This document shows positions 36,955-38,872 of a stretch of 38,872 nt of DNA, one piece after another; the first letter of the stretch is position 1, and the number at the start of each line of letters is the position of its first letter. This stretch comes from Candidatus Nanopelagicales bacterium. Lineage in GTDB: Bacteria > Actinomycetota > Actinomycetes > S36-B12 > UBA5976. The stretch covers positions 1-38,872 of the forward strand of contig JALRCB010000001.1 in the NCBI GenBank assembly GCA_023257525.1, given 5' to 3'. The notes beneath the pieces were generated by a model. That model made no database searches and had not been told where the DNA came from. It saw only the letters and a list, made by a program, of their open reading frames with translations. A program made the position numbers and the translations under genes.

Positions 36955-37704
36955 GTGGCGATTCGCGATCTCGGTAAAGTCTTGGTTATCGTTCCCACAT
37001 ATAACGAACGAGAAAGTTTGCCGGTAATTGTTTCTGGCATCAGACAGGCTGAGTCAGATGTCCACATTCTGATTGCTGACGACAACTCACCAGATGGCAC
37101 TGGGGAAGTGGCTGACGGCCTTAGTTATAGCGACAATTCCGTTCATGTCCTACATCGATCAGCTAAGGCTGGTCTCGGAGCTGCCTACCTGGATGCCTTT
37201 AATTGGGCTAAAGCAAATGGCTATGACGTTGTCGTTGAAATGGATGCTGACGGTTCACATCGGCCACAGGACTTAACCAAGATTCTTGATGCACTAACTA
37301 ACAACGACGTAGTATTCGGTTCTCGCTGGATTGAAGACGGCAGGGTAGTTAACTGGGCAAAGAGCCGCGAAGTTTTATCTCGTGGTGGAAATCTCTACAC
37401 AAGAATGTGGTTAGGAATTCCAATTCACGACGCCACTGGAGGTTTCCGGGCGTATCGAATGAGTGCGTTAGCTGTCATGAATACTGATCAAGTTGAAAGC
37501 CAAGGATATTGTTTCCAGGTCGACATGGCTTGGCGCGCAGTTAAAGCCAACTTACGAGTTGCTGAAGTGCCGATTACATTCGTTGAGCGTGAACTAGGCG
37601 AGAGCAAAATGGATGGATCCATTGTTAAGGCAGCTCTATGGCGAGTCACTCAATGGGGAATAGAAAAACGCTATTCCGATCTGAAGCGAGTCTTTAGTCG
37701 GTAG
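36955..37704 (+). CDS. ppm1: polyprenol-phosphate mannosyltransferase (GT2)
   Basis: 249 aa with a GTG start and GT2 motifs VIVPTYNE, DDNSPDGT, MDADGSH. It lies immediately after lnt, as in the lnt/ppm arrangement of Corynebacteriales. Confidence 0.85.
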   Translation: MAIRDLGKVLVIVPTYNERESLPVIVSGIRQAESDVHILIADDNSPDGTGEVADGLSYSDNSVHVLHRSAKAGLGAAYLDAFNWAKANGYDVVVEMDADGSHRPQDLTKILDALTNNDVVFGSRWIEDGRVVNWAKSREVLSRGGNLYTRMWLGIPIHDATGGFRAYRMSALAVMNTDQVESQGYCFQVDMAWRAVKANLRVAEVPITFVERELGESKMDGSIVKAALWRVTQWGIEKRYSDLKRVFSR

Positions 37705-37749
37705 TTGTGTGTGGTTGATCTGCAGTCGACGTTACGAAAAGCTCATTCT

Positions 37750-37903
37750 CTCAAAAGAGTTGCTTCGCAAATTTTTCGATCATGACTTTTCTTCACGTCG
37801 AAACATGTCTCGTTTCATTGTGTTTTGATAATCAGATGGGCGAGTCAGCAGCAAGCGCCCAGAAAACTCCGAGGCGAAAAATTTGCGGAGCAACTCTTTT
37901 GAG
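37750..37903. repeat. 29-bp near-perfect inverted repeat (arms 37750-37778 and 37875-37903) enclosing a 96-nt spacer
   Basis: Arm 1 is CTCAAAAGAGTTGCTTCGCAAATTTTTCG and arm 2 is CGAAAAATTTGCGGAGCAACTCTTTTGAG. Base-by-base pairing gives 28 Watson-Crick pairs plus T37765/G37888, which is G-U on the + strand RNA and A-C on the - strand RNA. Confidence 0.85.
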
Positions 37904-37959
37904 CAACGGACTGTTTTCTGGAGCGCTTAGCAGTCAAAGCCAACCAATAGAAAATGTGC

Positions 37960-38289
37960 TTAAGAAGCTTTTGCTCGGACGACTTCAAGGCGTTCCTTGA
38001 GGATGCCTTCGAGGTCTTTTATCGTGCGACGCTCTAGGAGCATGTCCCAGTGAGTTCGTACGTGCTTTGGCTCGACTACAGGCTGAATACCAGCACCTAG
38101 ACGTAGGCCTTTAGACCCACAGGCACATGGCCAAGAATCTGGAATCTCGTCGGCTTCGACTGAGAATGGCATTGTTAACCGATGATCGTTGTCACAGATA
38201 TAGGTCGTCAATTCTCGTGGTGCGTATTCACCGGAATCGACTTCATAGCTCGTTGTCCCCAAACGTGAGCCGCGCATTGATTCACCCAT
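37960..38289 (-). CDS. rbpA: RNA polymerase-binding protein RbpA
   Basis: 109 aa. RGSRLGTTSYEVD...YICDNDHRLTMPFSVEADEIPDSWPCACGSKG...RTHWDMLLERRTIKDLEGILKERL matches the RbpA core, basic linker and sigma-interaction domain. GGGAGGG lies 5 nt upstream of the ATG. Confidence 0.9.
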   Translation of the reverse strand: MGESMRGSRLGTTSYEVDSGEYAPRELTTYICDNDHRLTMPFSVEADEIPDSWPCACGSKGLRLGAGIQPVVEPKHVRTHWDMLLERRTIKDLEGILKERLEVVRAKAS

Positions 38290-38412
38290 AATTTCCCTCC
38301 CATGGATGCGTAATTTCTCGTACCCATGGGTTACCCAGAACTATTGATAATCAAACCTTCAGGATTCATAGACATTTCAAAAGTCCTGTGTTTACTGGGC
38401 TTATTGCTTGAA

Positions 38413-38441
38413 TAAGTACCCGATAAGATACATTATGTCAA
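38413..38441 (-). promoter_or_regulatory. candidate rbpA promoter
   Basis: Minus strand reads TTGACA-N17-TACTTA. An overlapping alternative is TTGGGA-N17-TAATGT, reaching to 38458. Either implies a leader of about 115-135 nt. Pattern match only. Confidence 0.3.
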
Positions 38442-38608
38442 GTTATTTAGATTCCCAAGATCAGGCTTCCTAGGCTCCCAGTGGTTAACCTGACTACAAA
38501 CCCGTTGCCCTATCAATCACTCGGCACCGGCGCTTAGAGCCGTTCCTAGAGGTATTCGATAAGTCAGTTAGAACTCAGCAAATCCTTGAAATTTACCTAG
38601 TTGCGTTA

Positions 38609-38872
38609 TTAGGCAAAATCGGAAATTGGTGGGCAAGCACAGACCAAGTTTCGGTCTCCGTAGGCACCGTCTAGGCGTCGCACAGATGGCCAGTACTTGT
38701 TCTCCCGAAGTCTAGGAACTGGATACGCAGCTTCCTCACGGGTGTAAGGATGCTCCCAGTCGCCAAGTAGGTAAGCCGCAGTATGAGGCGCATGGTGCAA
38801 CGGATTGTCCTCAACTGGCCAAATCCCCTGCTGAACCTTATTGATTTCCTGCTTGATGGATTTCATAGCCTC
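38609..38872 (-). CDS. gcvP: glycine dehydrogenase (decarboxylating) GcvP; C-terminal fragment, gene runs off the right edge
   Basis: Frame is open to the window end. ...[81 protein letters not shown] matches the conserved GcvP C-terminus. Confidence 0.85.
   Translation of the reverse strand, partial: EAMKSIKQEINKVQQGIWPVEDNPLHHAPHTAAYLLGDWEHPYTREEAAYPVPRLRENKYWPSVRRLDGAYGDRNLVCACPPISDFA

Noticed and set aside
37720-37730. Overlapping PstI/SalI sites (CTGCAGTCGAC), reminiscent of a cloning polylinker and so a possible engineered junction.
   Set aside because: It does not match the pUC-type polylinker string (CTGCAGGTCGAC) and there is no flanking vector-like sequence. An 11-mer coincidence is plausible.
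37782-38000. 72-aa + strand ORF starting inside the inverted-repeat spacer and running antisense into rbpA.
   Set aside because: It has no Shine-Dalgarno, overlaps the 3' end of rbpA, and its composition is unconvincing. It is more likely an accident of the spacer sequence.
38326-38415. 29-codon + strand ORF (MGYPELLIIKPSGFIDISKVLCLLGLLLE) in the rbpA upstream region, with a hydrophobic tail reminiscent of small membrane peptides or type I toxins.
   Set aside because: No ribosome-binding site precedes the ATG, there is no obvious promoter, and it is very short. I cannot distinguish it from chance.
38609-38872. Glycine riboswitch associated with gcvP.
   Set aside because: Only the 3' end of gcvP is in the window. 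Any glycine riboswitch would lie upstream of the gene, beyond the right edge.

Overview
This is a very dense chromosomal segment, about 95-96% coding by my hand tally. It appears to come from a moderately low-GC, streamlined actinobacterium; a freshwater acI/Nanopelagicales-like lineage is only a guess. I call 45 protein-coding genes (2 truncated by the window edges) and one tRNA-Leu(GAG). I saw no rRNA, CRISPR array, transposase, integrase or prophage genes. From position 12658 onward the gene order matches the M. tuberculosis interval Rv2141c to Rv2050 (locus tags from memory), but strongly compacted: M20 peptidase, uppP, histidine phosphatase/DUF3090/SCO1664-family trio, mshC, PAC2, trmI, arc(mpa), dop, pup, pafA, two FKBPs, pafB, pafC, tatA, tatC, helY, 5'-3' exonuclease, M24 peptidase, lnt, ppm1, rbpA. 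The left third carries tldD/pmbA, a mabA-inhA-like fabG-fabI pair, trmB, ung, lemA-htpX and other housekeeping genes. The most notable feature is a complete pupylation module with no 20S proteasome genes at their canonical site: the pup stop codon directly abuts the pafA start. The ARC ATPase also ends in ...SPNPFA rather than the proteasome-docking GQYL tail, yet a PAC2 (proteasome-assembly-chaperone-like) gene is kept. I found no convincing wholly new multi-gene system. The best leads are (i) the proteasome-less Pup locus with its altered ARC tail and retained PAC2, (ii) the conserved uncharacterised phosphatase/DUF3090/kinase-like trio next to mshC, and (iii) a 29-bp near-perfect inverted repeat enclosing 96 nt in the ppm1/rbpA convergent spacer. 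That spacer and the rbpA upstream region are by far the two largest non-coding stretches in the window. All family assignments rest on motif and sequence recognition by eye; no searches were run.
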